Shown: in pieces, positions 37,201 through 49,004 of the stretch
Numbering within the stretch: position 1 is the first letter of the stretch
Layout: every line of letters begins with the position of its first letter
Assembly: GCA_024704765.1 (NCBI GenBank)
Contig: JAKMXF010000003.1
Span: 140,887-204,886 of the forward strand
Length of the DNA stretch: 64,000 nt
Direction: 5' to 3'
Origin: Oopsacas minuta
Lineage: Eukaryota; Animalia; Porifera
Translations under genes and position numbers: made by a program
Notes under the pieces: generated by a model
Told to the model about the DNA's origin: nothing
What the model saw: the letters and a program-made list of their open reading frames with translations, nothing else
Database searches by the model: none

Positions 37201-38894
37201 TTTCAAGTACAGAGTCAATTGACAGATGTCAAACTGAGGATAATTCCTCAACAGAATCACTCGATAAAATTACTGATATACAAACTCCAGTAGCTTCACC
37301 GCGACATATCCCTCAAACAGCTGATTTACGTGTCAAATACACTGACAATGACGTAGAATTATCCTGGACTGTACCTCCTAATATGCTCGACACCATACAA
37401 GGATATCATGTTTCAATTGGTAGTGAAATTACACAATATATAGAAGGAGCGAGGAACACATTTCTATCGATGAATTCTCTAGAAGATAAGCTTAATCCAG
37501 GTAGATACACACTAGTTATTTGTACAGTTACGAACTATGGATATTCTGATCCTGTAGAATGTACTATAGACACAACACTACTGAATCCTCCGTATGAATT
37601 GAGGGTAGTAGAAGATGGAGCTTGTGTGTTAATCAGCTGGTCTTCACCTGATACATTTTCCCTGTCAAGTCCATTAGTATCATTCACAGTGTATTTGAAT
37701 GATACTATATTAACTAGTGTTGATTTCTCAGATTTCTTGGTAAGTAAGGGTGTGTCAATTCCTCGTGTTGATCTTTTGAAGTTTTACGAATCTAGCCCCG
37801 ATCAACAAATGAGTCTCACTGTCAAATCATTTCTGAGTGACGGACGTTTCTCATGTCCCAGCGAAATTCTAGATCTCCCTCTGCAGTTTCTAACACGTTT
37901 TGAGTCAACTTCCGGTAGCATGACAGTTGAATCTGAATCCAGTGAAGGATGTTCCAGACATTCCACAAGCTCTGAAAGTGAAGTATTAGAAGTATTTCGT
38001 AGATCTTCTATAGAATCTGATCAGCTGTTGAAAGCAAGACAAAACACTTCGGATGTAGTAAGCAAACCTCCTCTAGACAGACATACACAACTTATCCAAT
38101 CAACGGGCTCCAAACAGAGGCAGAGTTTCACACCAAATGAAGAGAATCTTTTCACAGAGCTAGAAGCACAAGGGGAGCCAGATTTCTCTCAGGAGATGTT
38201 TGCTCTACAACAAAATTCAAGTCAATCTGATAGTGACGATGATAAAGCTCTGTATGCTGAGATTCCCCCTCTTGACGTCACTGTTACTTACTACGTAGCT
38301 TTATACGACTATAATCCTGTAGACCAATCACCGAATAGAGGCGAATATCAATCTGAATTGCCTCTTAAGAAAGGCGAAGTTATAGCTATTTTCGGTGGAA
38401 TTGATAATGAAGGATTTTTCACTGGACAAGTTGACACAAAAGTTGGGTTAATTCCTTATAATTTGATTGAAAAGATTAACTTGTGCGATGTGAGCGGAGA
38501 GACAAGCTCAGCGCTTTTGTTCCAAGCAACTAAACAGGCCTTCCCCTCTCGAAATTTCACAGCTCTCTACTCCTACAATCCACGTACTGACTCTCCAAAC
38601 TGTGATGATGTTGATGACGAGCTCTCTTTCAAGAGTGGTACCTCCATCTCCATATTTGGAGATGTTCAAGACGATGGATTCTTTATTGGAGAACGAGACG
38701 GACAACTTGGATTTGTCCCTTCTAACTTCATCGAGCCTGTCGATCATATTAAACCACAAGACACCAAACAATCGACAAACGAATCAACAAATACAAAAGG
38801 CGCTACCCACCCACAAGGCGAAATTCCTAAATCGAACAAAAATATTTTAGCTAAAACAAAAGGCATATTCAAAAGTCTTTCCAAGAAATCCTGA
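34247..38894 (+). CDS. RIMBP2: RIMS-binding protein (coiled coil, SH3, FN3 repeats, 2x SH3), about 1482 aa; exons 34247-34532 and 34732-38894
   Basis: RYNYDPLVSSPNPHPEQELSLKAGD..DQDGFYLGEL.GGKRGLVPSNFVE; FN3 VELSWTVP; ALYDYNPVDQSPN..ELPLKKGE; ALYSYNPRTDSPN..ELSFKSG..GFVPSNFIE. Confidence 0.9.
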
Positions 38895-39399
38895 ATACAC
38901 TTATGTATACACAGAACTAACACACAACCTTATCTCTTGTATATTATACTAGTTATTTGTTAATCTATCAGTTTCTATGCAAATTGACTCACTTGAACTA
39001 TACCTCTACTATTTTTGGCACAAACAGTTATAGCCCATAATTATTTATAGAAGTAATTTATGTAAATGAATGAGTATCTAATCAAGTAATTTATTTGTTA
39101 TAATGGTTTAATACGAGGGGAGGGTGTCCTCGCGCTTTCATGGCCCGATTGTCTAAATTAACGGCCCTTTCTTAGTGTCCGTGCGGCCCAAAGCCCTGAA
39201 CAAACTTTACAACGTTGCATACAGAAGAACCTCTCCATCAGGGGCCGTGTAACCGGGAAATTTCTGGATTTCAACCTACAAAATTAGCTTACTATTATCA
39301 AAAAATAAATTTGTGTATTATGTATGCTACTCGAATTTGTATTTTAATTCTCTCTTTTAGTTGTTATTACTTGTTTATATTATTGGCTGTTAATTTAAG

Positions 39400-40954
39400 A
39401 TGGGCTGTGGTTCTAGCTCTCAATCTGATACAACACATTCCATTCAACAAACATCAGTAACAACAACAACAACAACAACAACAAACAAACAACATGTACC
39501 TTCTCTTGACACAACAGCACTTTTCAGACAAGATAATACTCAACCTGATATCAAACAAACTACTCATTCATCCCATAATGTTGATACAGCTATAAACGAA
39601 GATATCCAACTTAAGCGTATGAGTTTATAAATATACCTAAATCTGACATTACTTTCATGTATAACTTTTCCCACAGCTATTCAATCAGATACACAGAATA
39701 CATCAAATGACATATCTATATTCGCTAAATCAGACAGATTAGTTAAAGTGAATTCATTATACAATCTGGGTTCGATATACATATATGCTACTTCAAGAGT
39801 TGAATACCATATTTGTATAATTCAGACTCCGATATAATCGGGTATTTTGATATATCTGCCTCTAGTATAACAGGAGTGACTGTATTCACATATACACGTG
39901 GATATATACCTTGCTATATTCCTGTAGTTACAGGAAGAACACAAAACTGATATAAAGGAAGATCTACAGTTGAATGGGAATCAAATCTTAGCTCAACAAT
40001 TACGAAATAAAGTTAGCTAACCCTTTAGCTCAAAATTCATATTATATATTGGACAAAATTTCTTATTTAGCAACTTGACTGTAAATCGATAAATAAGGAA
40101 AGAACTAAAAGAGAAGTGAAATCAGCAAATGAAATTAATGAATCTCAGAAACAAGAACACAAGGTTACTAGAGTAATGTATAGGTTATACATTTCATACC
40201 CTTGACATCATTAGCACCGACCCTGGGGGCAAGGGCCTCGGCGGCCCTGGATGGCAACTGAATGAATTCAATGGAATGTATGTTTCCGTGTTTTTATAGA
40301 TTGAAGAGGATTTCATTGCTCATAAACTGGTTAAAAGTAAAGAAATATCAGATACACAAAATAACAACAGAGAAAATAATGATACACATGCAAGCAGAGT
40401 TAGTATTTATGTTTAAAATTTACTTACGAGTTACGACACTTTATTTTATCAATAATATCTTCTAGACTGATGTATTAGATGATACTTATATTGACTCAGA
40501 AGAAGAACCCGTTATATTAGAGAATGATACGTCTTATAACAGAGATACTGGTGAGTAGTTTGCATACGTTCATATAAGTACAGGTAAAACAGGTTTAACA
40601 CCAGAAGTTCCCAGTTTCCACAGGCCAGTGTATGGAAGTTACACTCTACCAATATTTAAACTGTTCGTTGTTTAGGAAACATTTGGGGAGACTATTATCC
40701 ATCAGAACAACCTGATCCCTTAGATCTTGAAGCACCAGACTCGGTGATTATTATGTGATATACCATATATGGTATATGTGTATATTTATTTTAGACCTCT
40801 CTTATCAACTATTAAATCTACTTTCTATCTTTATGATAACGCATATTTGTCTGTATATATCTCTTTATGGAATTACACACCCAGTAATCTTACTAAGAAT
40901 ATTTTCAAAGATTATGATGACCAGTTCCACAAGAAAATAGAGCATGTGGGGTGA
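39400..40954 (+). CDS. Unrecognised multi-exon protein (about 300 aa, about 8 small exons) with an N-terminal MGCGSS acylation motif
   Basis: Hand splicing gives consecutive in-phase GT-AG exons (e.g. AAG C|gtatg..cacag|CT ATT; AAT AAA|gttag..tttag|CAA CTT; ACT G|gtgag..tttag|GA AAC). The last junction is uncertain and I recognise no domain. Confidence 0.6.
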
Positions 40955-41271
40955 TTTCATTCCCATTTTCGCATTATTTTGCGAAGTTATCTATGAAGCC
41001 TGTTTTATTCGTTGAATTATGAAGCACTGTACTTACTACAGGGGGGCAAATGAATTGCCCCGCTGCTTACTTTTCCTTATTAGCATATACGCCGTGTACA
41101 TCCACCATAGATACGTATTAACAACCAGGCAAAATCTCAATTACCTAAACTCTAACAAACAATTTATAATATCAAATTACACTATCCAAATGTTATGCAT
41201 AGGATAAGTTATTACTTAAACTGGCTCAATCAGTCTATTCACGTATTCCTACAGACTCACCAGAAGAAGAC

Positions 41272-41919
41272 ATGAATTATAACAGAGGACCAAATGTATC
41301 GCATGCAGATGACATGGAACAAATGCGGGGTCAGATCGACAAGAAAACTGACGAGTCTCTAGCCGCTACCCGAAGGATAAAACAGATAGCTGTCGAGACG
41401 GAGCGTACCGGTGCGGACGCACTCATCACTCTACACGAACAAGGAGAACAGCTAGACAATGTTGAAGATAATCTGGAGGACATAGGCTCTGCCATGAAGA
41501 GAACAGACAAGGAATTGACAGAACTTGAAAAATGTTGTGGGATCTGTCGGCTACCAGGTAGTAGAGTTAAAAGCTACCAAAAATCTAAAAACTACAAACA
41601 AGCGTTCGGAGCAAAGGCGCGTAAACAGGAAATGATTAGTAGCCAACCAGGCAACTATGGTGCAACCGGGAATGTGGTAACAAAACAACCAAAAGGCCCA
41701 ATAATAAACCGAGTTACAAATGACGTCAGGGAAGATGAGATGGAAGGAAATATGCAAGATGTTAACAGAATGTTGGATAACATGAAAAACATTGCGGGGG
41801 ACATGGGTGATGAATTGGACAGACAGAATGACCAACTTGGGCGTATTGAGAAGAAAATAGTAGCAAATGAGGAACATATTCGTGTGGCTAACTATAGGGT
41901 AGCAAAACAAATGAATTAA
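41272..41919 (+). CDS. SNAP25: SNAP-25/23 family Qbc-SNARE (intronless)
   Basis: TDESLAATRRI..EQGEQLDNVE; palmitoylation cluster KCCGIC; INRVTNDVREDEMEGNM..DMGDELDRQNDQLGRI. Confidence 0.93.
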   Translation: MNYNRGPNVSHADDMEQMRGQIDKKTDESLAATRRIKQIAVETERTGADALITLHEQGEQLDNVEDNLEDIGSAMKRTDKELTELEKCCGICRLPGSRVKSYQKSKNYKQAFGAKARKQEMISSQPGNYGATGNVVTKQPKGPIINRVTNDVREDEMEGNMQDVNRMLDNMKNIAGDMGDELDRQNDQLGRIEKKIVANEEHIRVANYRVAKQMN

Positions 41920-42111
41920 TACCTGTCTGTTTGTATATAACTATGTTGTTAGTTCTTATACGTATATGTAATTCCTACTCTATATACTGACTTTGTTATC
42001 AATATTACTTGAATATGAATGTTCTAATCTAAGTGTAAATAGGATATCTAATTTGGCAGACATAAATAATCGAAAAACTTGCTCTATAGTTTTCAATTTT
42101 AAGCCTTAGTG

Positions 42112-42224
42112 CAGTAGTCCCATCCTGGGGTCCATGGAACCCTTGGTGGTCTACGGACGACAGTAGGGGTCCACAGGATCTCAAAATTAGTATCTCAGTC
42201 ATGGCCACTGAATTGGGAACTGCT
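42112..42224. mobile_element. hAT-like MITE family D
   Basis: ggggtccatggaaccc..ggtctacggacgacagtagggg..ttgggaactgcta. Confidence 0.6.
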
Positions 42225-42289
42225 ATCCTATCCTGGACAAACAAATAAATAACATTTCTTATTACGCATTTCAATTAACTATATAAGCA

Positions 42290-43024
42290 ATGGCCGGGAA
42301 TGAGAAAACATCATTCCGTCTAAAAAAACGTTCAAAGAAGAGCGCAGTTAACGCTGTTCCCTTAGAAAAATTCGACTACTTAACTCTGCGTAAAAACACT
42401 CACTGGCTGGCTATTATTGGCTATGTACAGCCATTATTTCGTGAACCGTTCTTATATCCACGTGGCATGGATCCTGTGGACGTTAACAAACGTATAATAC
42501 TACTACAAAGTAATAAGGAGAATGAAGGTAAACTACAGTATGTGCTTCAAGAGGAAGTTAAGCGGTTTTTAGTTGCTATAAGGGACAGTTTGAAGAATTT
42601 ATCCGGTCCTGAGTTATTGAATAAAATCGCTTCAATTTGGAAATCTTTATTTGCTGTTACAATACCGTGCATGACTGCTCTATTCTCTCAATTTGAGACT
42701 AAGATGCCTGTGCATAAGATTATAATGAATATTTTTCGTGACGTCATCTTGTTTAAGGTTAAAATCAAAGATAGTCTTGTCGATGCAAGAAAGGAAATTC
42801 AAGACGCAGAGTTTCCAGACCGGAGTTTAATACCTCGCGAAATTACACACATGTTTCTGATCTTACAAATGGAGATCGATTTCTATCCTGAGTTACAGGA
42901 AATGATTATTTTAGCCATGGATGATCAGTATGAGCCTATATGGGCCCCTGTAATCTCTATTATAGAGGAGAGATGTGATTCTCCTGAATTCTCTGAAGTT
43001 GGAGTTCAGAACAAAATTCAATAG
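42290..43024 (+). CDS. PRR5: PRR5/Protor-like mTORC2 component (HbrB-like domain)
   Basis: IRDSLKNLSGPELLNKIASIWKSLFAVTIPCMTALF..IFRDVILFKVKIKDSL resembles PRR5 LRDKIRFYEGQKLLDSLAETWDFFF..HFRNAITLSVKLEDAL. Confidence 0.72.
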   Translation: MAGNEKTSFRLKKRSKKSAVNAVPLEKFDYLTLRKNTHWLAIIGYVQPLFREPFLYPRGMDPVDVNKRIILLQSNKENEGKLQYVLQEEVKRFLVAIRDSLKNLSGPELLNKIASIWKSLFAVTIPCMTALFSQFETKMPVHKIIMNIFRDVILFKVKIKDSLVDARKEIQDAEFPDRSLIPREITHMFLILQMEIDFYPELQEMIILAMDDQYEPIWAPVISIIEERCDSPEFSEVGVQNKIQ

Positions 43025-43478
43025 AATATTATTTGTGAGAGTTATGAATATTATATCATTATAATATACGTAGATTCTTTGGAAATATTATTGTTATCTA
43101 ATTGGTAAGTATATAGGGGATCGACTGCACGGTTTGGATTAATCAGGGGAGGTGTTGGAACCATGCACATATATAATCTGGTGGAATATGACTCTAGGAG
43201 CAGTTCAAACGTTACGTAACGTTACCTAGGGGTAAAACTTCTGGAATTTTGCGTGACATAACGATAGAATGACCTCTTTAGTATGTACCAATAGAAGTCC
43301 CATTGGTCGCTACAATTCATCTTGTCGTTTTCAAGAGGTAAATTAACAAGATAAGTTCATAAGCTTGTACATAAGAGTTTTAATCCCGAAACACCTCCCC
43401 AGCTGAACATGGGAAGGGTTTGAAATACGTATACGTCTAAGTATTTTACGATTCTTATTACTTCATTAGATCTATTCT

Positions 43479-44366
43479 ATGCTCCTTCGAACATTCCGAT
43501 CTACCATACCAGCAGTTAAGAGAATGTATTCTCAAATAGCAGCATATGATAAATACACTACGCTAAAGGTAACCGCCCCATCTGAATACGTATGTCATGT
43601 AGAGCTGAATAGACCTGATAGTCTTAATTCTATGAATAAACAATTCTTCACAGATCTCCGTCAATGTTTCGAGCAAATTTCCTCTGATTCTTCTATTCGT
43701 TGTGTAATGTTATCCGGTGCAGGGAGATTCTTCACATCGGGATTAGATTTAAAAGATGCAGCATTATTGACAAGTGATCAACCCGATGTAGGTAGGAAGG
43801 GGTTGGCTCTCCTTAGGGGGAGTATAACACCATTTCAAGAGTCGATTTCATCGCTTGAGAAGTGTTCTAAGCCTGTCGTGTGTGCGATACACTCCGGCTG
43901 TGTCGGGGGTGGGGTAGACTTGGTTACAGCAGGGGATATTAGGCTCGCTACTTCTGACGCTTACTTCCAAATAAAAGAGATTGATATTGGCCTAGCAGCT
44001 GATATAGGAACGTTACAACGATTTCAGAAAGTCATTGGTAACGACAGTATATTCCGTGAATTAGCGTACACATGTCGAAAACTGTTTGCGGATGAGGCAT
44101 TCAAAATTGGTTTAATTAGCTCAATTTTCGTTAATAAAGAAGAAATGATGAAATTTGCATTGGAAACTTGTACCATAATTGCTAGTAAAAGTCCTATAGC
44201 AATACAAACTAGTAAGAAAAGTATTAACTATTCGAGAGATCACTCGGTTAAAGAGGGGCTGGAGCATGTAGCTGCATGGAATATGACGATGTTACAATCT
44301 GAGGACCTTATTAAGGCTGTTATGGCTGCTGTCAATAAGGAAAAACCGGTATTTTCTAAGTTGTAA
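43479..44366 (+). CDS. ECH1: Delta(3,5)-Delta(2,4)-dienoyl-CoA isomerase
   Basis: HVELNRPDSLNSMN; FTSGLDL; IHSGCVGGGVDLVTAGDIR; KEIDIGLAADIGTLQR; C-terminal SKL (PTS1). Confidence 0.95.
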   Translation: MLLRTFRSTIPAVKRMYSQIAAYDKYTTLKVTAPSEYVCHVELNRPDSLNSMNKQFFTDLRQCFEQISSDSSIRCVMLSGAGRFFTSGLDLKDAALLTSDQPDVGRKGLALLRGSITPFQESISSLEKCSKPVVCAIHSGCVGGGVDLVTAGDIRLATSDAYFQIKEIDIGLAADIGTLQRFQKVIGNDSIFRELAYTCRKLFADEAFKIGLISSIFVNKEEMMKFALETCTIIASKSPIAIQTSKKSINYSRDHSVKEGLEHVAAWNMTMLQSEDLIKAVMAAVNKEKPVFSKL

Positions 44367-44506
44367 TTGTTTTGTATGTGATTTGCTATATAGACTAGAG
44401 TATATTGCGCATTAATTGGTGTTTATTGTCAAATTCTTTGTTTGATTCATTACATGAACTATACTCACGCAGTTAATGCTTCCGAAATATCTAAACTAGT
44501 TGCTAG

Positions 44507-46079
44507 ATGTGTGCGAGACGATTTACTATTGAAGAAATTCCTCTCACAGAACTGGATCACACTGCTTATGCAGTACTCTCCAGACATCTAGATGCTCTAC
44601 ACACACGTAGAAAGGATTGGAAAGGAATAGCTAAAGCAATTAACCTAGATTATAAGGAAATGAATTTGGTAGAAGCTTCTAACGAGCATATGAAGAAGCT
44701 AATTGAAATATGGAATAGATCACCACCTTATCCGGTACTCAAGGATTTGTTAGAAGTATTAGAAGAATTGGGTTGTGATTTAGTTATTACTGAGTTAAGA
44801 GAATGTTTTGAGGTGAGAAATACAGTGGACTGTTCGCCAATTAGCATGTCGATAATTGCGCGATTTCCCCTTGCTAATAGCGGAATTATTTCCAATACAA
44901 ATGGACTCTTAAGTTTCTTGAAAAAACTAACTAGCAGGCGAACACCACTGTATGTATTCATTTTCAATACACTTTTCAGAGTTGAGAATGGTGTCACAAT
45001 TGATAAACATTCCTGCCATTATTTTAGACTCTACCTTGTACGAATAAGAAAACTTCATCTATAACTCACGATGTACCACCACAGCCTATTCAAGTATCAG
45101 GTCCAACTCTCATAAGCCCTCAAACAGTGACAACTAACAATAACTTACCAGTAAATACAGTTACAAATTATGATAGCTCTCCAATAGCAATACCTTCTAA
45201 TTCGCCAGTTCCTAGCTCAAAAGAATATGAGACTATATCTAAACCAATAGTCACGGAAATGAGTGAGAAAGATTTACAAATTAAAGATGGATTTTTCGTG
45301 TCTTTTCACGAGAACGATGCTCATATAGGAAGAGAAATTATCGATGAAATGAGGCAGAAAGGCATACAAATATATTCACAAGATGATATCTATGCGGGAG
45401 ATTCGGAGATACAGCGACGTGAGGAATTATTCGTTATGTCTAAATCAGTCATAGCAGTTATATCACCTGATTATTGTGAGAAGGAAGGTTATCATCAGCT
45501 GGAGGCTCTGAGTAAATTAGTACCTTGTGAGTTGATTCTGGATATAGTCGCGATTTTTACTCGATTTTCAGATTTATCTGTACAGTCAACTCTCATTATA
45601 TTGGAGCTCAAGGGACCGTGATAATGACTTCGGTATAACTGATGTACTATATGTTACCATATTTGTACAATTCAGACTTCAATATAAGCGGGTATTTCGA
45701 AATATTCGTGTTCGATATAACAAGATGCCACAATTATCGTAGTTATTGATATTTCAATCATTTACTCATATTATTTTCTATTGCTTATGAGAACCTGAAA
45801 GTACCAAATTCGAACTCATGATAGCCATTGATAAAATGAGAAATTAAAGAATACCATTTTGCAAAAATTTTGCTCTGATTCTACACATATCCGAGGTATC
45901 AGACATTTATTCATATTTATTATTTGTTATTATTTCTAGCTGTAGGCAAGAGGACATTCATTCCTGTGATATACAAGCAAGTAGAAGTTCTCCCCTCTTT
46001 CATTAGGACCAGATCTAAAGTGGATTGGAGGAGACCTGATAAGTTTACACATTTGTACAATTCTATTAAAAATATCTGA
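44507..46079 (+). CDS. MYD88: MyD88-like Death plus TIR adaptor, 3 exons
   Basis: Death domain KDWKGIAKAINL..KLIEIW; TIR FFVSFHEND..SKSVIAVISPDY; hand-found last exon KRTFIPVIYKQVEVLPSFIR..VDW, stop at 46079. Confidence 0.72.
45583..45724. mobile_element. MITE family A (right end lost) in a MyD88 intron
   Basis: ta-cagtcaactctc..gagctcaagggaccgtgataatgacttcgg..gtgttcgatataac. Confidence 0.7.
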
Positions 46080-46959
46080 TTTTTTGATTTTCAGTTGTGT
46101 GTTCAACTGAATAGGTTTGTATATTTTGTTTTTTATCATATATTTCTACCAACAAAAGTCTTTCTATATTTTGAAACACCACAACAGTGATTAATTCTCA
46201 TTTATGATATAGTGTAACCTCCACAAACGGGATGCCAGAGACGCCAAAAAGTTTCACAATAATATGACGTTACAAATATTACTCCAAATTGCTTTTACAA
46301 CAACTTGGATAAAGCTTGAACAAAATTTTGGATTTTTCACATCCGCTGGCTCAATAAATATAGTAAACTTCCTGCTTTCCTAACGGATATTAATTCAAGT
46401 AAATTCTAGCAAAATGAATACTCTAATAGTCTTATTTGGATATGGCACTTGCCATTCCATAATAACTAAATTTTCTTTATTATTAACTCACTTCTCTTAT
46501 ATTAATAATCTGTAACTAATTCTATTTTAAAACACTTTTCAAGAAGCATTTCTAATTACCACAATTCTGAACCCATTTCTTAGTAAGAATTTAAATAACA
46601 GCTAAGAGAATCCAAAAGGCCAAATTCTATTAGTAATCGATACCACTCTCTTCTCTCAAATCTAGCTATCTCTCTTATAGACCTTGCACTAATTCAATTC
46701 ATGATATGCCTATAGAACTTCCAATTTATTCTTATAAAAGCCAAGAATTTATGCAAATATTATCTATCCATTTCTTGCCATTTTTATAATTATTGCTTAC
46801 ATTTTTTATTGTAAACATACAAAGAAGAACGGTAGTAGTTAATAGGTGTGAAAATGTATTTAATACTTTAGAAAACATTTCAATTCGTCTAGAAATGATA
46901 TTATAAGAATTCTCGCTATTATTTGTCTCTCTCTTAGCTTTTTATTCCTAACATACGAA

Positions 46960-48012
46960 ATGTCTGTTGGAGCCAGAAGGATGAAGGGACAAGGTGACTA
47001 CCAACAGCTGAGAAATGAGCTCGAGGCGCTGAAACACAAACTAGCTCAATCACGAAACGCCGTAAAAGACCGCGAACTCCTTGACGTAGCAGGCAGTGTA
47101 GAGCCTCTGCCTAAAATATCCCTGCATTTACGACAAATTCTCAAGGGCCATCTCGCGAAAATTTACGCTCTTCACTGGTCTAGTGACTCCCAACATCTCG
47201 TGAGTGCATCTCAGGATGGAAAGCTAATAATCTGGGATGGCTACAGTACTCTTAAGATACATGCTATCCCGTTACGTTCCAGCTGGGTAATGAGCTGTGC
47301 CTATTCACCTAGCGGGACATTTGTCGCCTGTGGTGGTCTTGATAACATATGTTCCATCTACAACCTAAAAACCCGTGAAGGGAACATAAAAACCAGTCGT
47401 GAGCTCGGGGGACATACCGGCTATCTGTCTTGCTGTCGGTTCCTAGATGACGAACGTATCATGACGTCATCTGGTGATATGACGCTAGGCTTGTGGGACA
47501 TAGAAACTGCTAAAATGATAACACACTTCAAAGGACATAGCGGTGACGTCATGAGCTTCTCTCTATCTGAGGATAACAATACAATGATATCAGGGTCTTG
47601 TGATAGCACAGCTAAGCTCTGGGATATTCGTAGCGGAGAATGTGAGCAGACCTTTTTCGGGCATGAAGCTGATATCAATTCTGTGAGCTACGGACCCTCT
47701 GGGACTATTTTCGCTACCGGATCGGACGATTGTACTTGCGCAATGTTCGATATACGTTCTGACCAGATGCTCGAGCAGTATGCAATCGATGGGATGAATT
47801 TCGGCGTTACTTCTGTCGCATTCTCTCACTCAGGCAGACTGATCTTCGCCGGATACGACAATACCACGGTTCAGATTTGGGACTCTCTGAAACGCGATCG
47901 TCTAGGAGTAATTTCTGCGCACGAAAATCGCGTTAGTTGTCTGGGCATACCTCCTAGTGGTATGGCTCTATGCACTGGATCATGGGACACGCACTTAAGG
48001 ATATTCAACTAA
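46960..48012 (+). CDS. GNB: Heterotrimeric G protein beta subunit (GNB1-4 type), intronless
   Basis: [67 protein letters not shown]. Confidence 0.97.
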   Translation: MSVGARRMKGQGDYQQLRNELEALKHKLAQSRNAVKDRELLDVAGSVEPLPKISLHLRQILKGHLAKIYALHWSSDSQHLVSASQDGKLIIWDGYSTLKIHAIPLRSSWVMSCAYSPSGTFVACGGLDNICSIYNLKTREGNIKTSRELGGHTGYLSCCRFLDDERIMTSSGDMTLGLWDIETAKMITHFKGHSGDVMSFSLSEDNNTMISGSCDSTAKLWDIRSGECEQTFFGHEADINSVSYGPSGTIFATGSDDCTCAMFDIRSDQMLEQYAIDGMNFGVTSVAFSHSGRLIFAGYDNTTVQIWDSLKRDRLGVISAHENRVSCLGIPPSGMALCTGSWDTHLRIFN

Positions 48013-48409
48013 TTAGGATGAACTGTTGCTCTCCTTTTGTGTTTTGGACTTTTAGCGTTGCTTTTTTTGGATTGTACTCTAAATTCCATTTTACATGTCT
48101 GTTACTATGATAAGCTCTAGGAATGTAGTTTTCTAACCGTATACTATATGATTACATAGCTAGTAGTTCAGTTTATGATTTACTATTATTCGTGTTTTGT
48201 TAGATATTATTAAGCGTATTTATTCTTGAGTACATTTATGTCAATATAGTTTATGTGTATTATTTGTAAATTCTTTGACTGATAATTTTTGTTGTCCTTT
48301 ATGTCGTTGGGTAGCATTATGAGATTATTTGTTACATCTAACTCGTATAAGCCTTACTGTATCAATCTTGTTCCTATTTATTTACACTTGATTCCATTCA
48401 TAAGAACTT

Positions 48410-48525
48410 GTTGGATATAAGTACCATCCTCTGGAAAACGGTTCTCATATATTCCTGTATTTTATACTGGTTATGAGAACATCTATTGCTACTCCCAAGG
48501 GTGTTCTTATAACCGGTATCCGCTG
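48410..48525. mobile_element. MITE family B
   Basis: taccatcctctggaaaacggttctcatatattcctg...cttataaccggtatccgctg-ta. Confidence 0.72.
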
Positions 48526-49004
48526 TAATACAATCTCTATTCGGATATGACGTACACTCGGGTAGAAATCCTGGAGCGAAGAGACAAGGACTGATATTTG
48601 TCTCAATAAATGGCAGTAACAATGATTCCGTATCCAGTGTATAATCAGCCCAAATAACATACGTACTGTACTGCAACTATGATATATAATTACAAAACCT
48701 GATGAAAGGACAGTAATACTCTTTGGTGGTCAATCTATTTGCATAATTGTAAGGCAAACATTTAGTAGCATTTTTAGATGATTACCAAACCAACAAGAGT
48801 TAAGAAATATCTGCGAATTCGTATTGTAGCTGAACATGACATTTTGGCTATAAAAGCATACTTATGTGTCTTGCCTAGCAACGCAGGACTATTTTGGCAT
48901 GCTTCGGCTGGACGCATAGTACTCAAATTCTATCCTCAAAAACGTGACAATTATACAAATTAATTACACGAACATATTCCCTCTTTCCCGATCTCAGATT
49001 TAGA

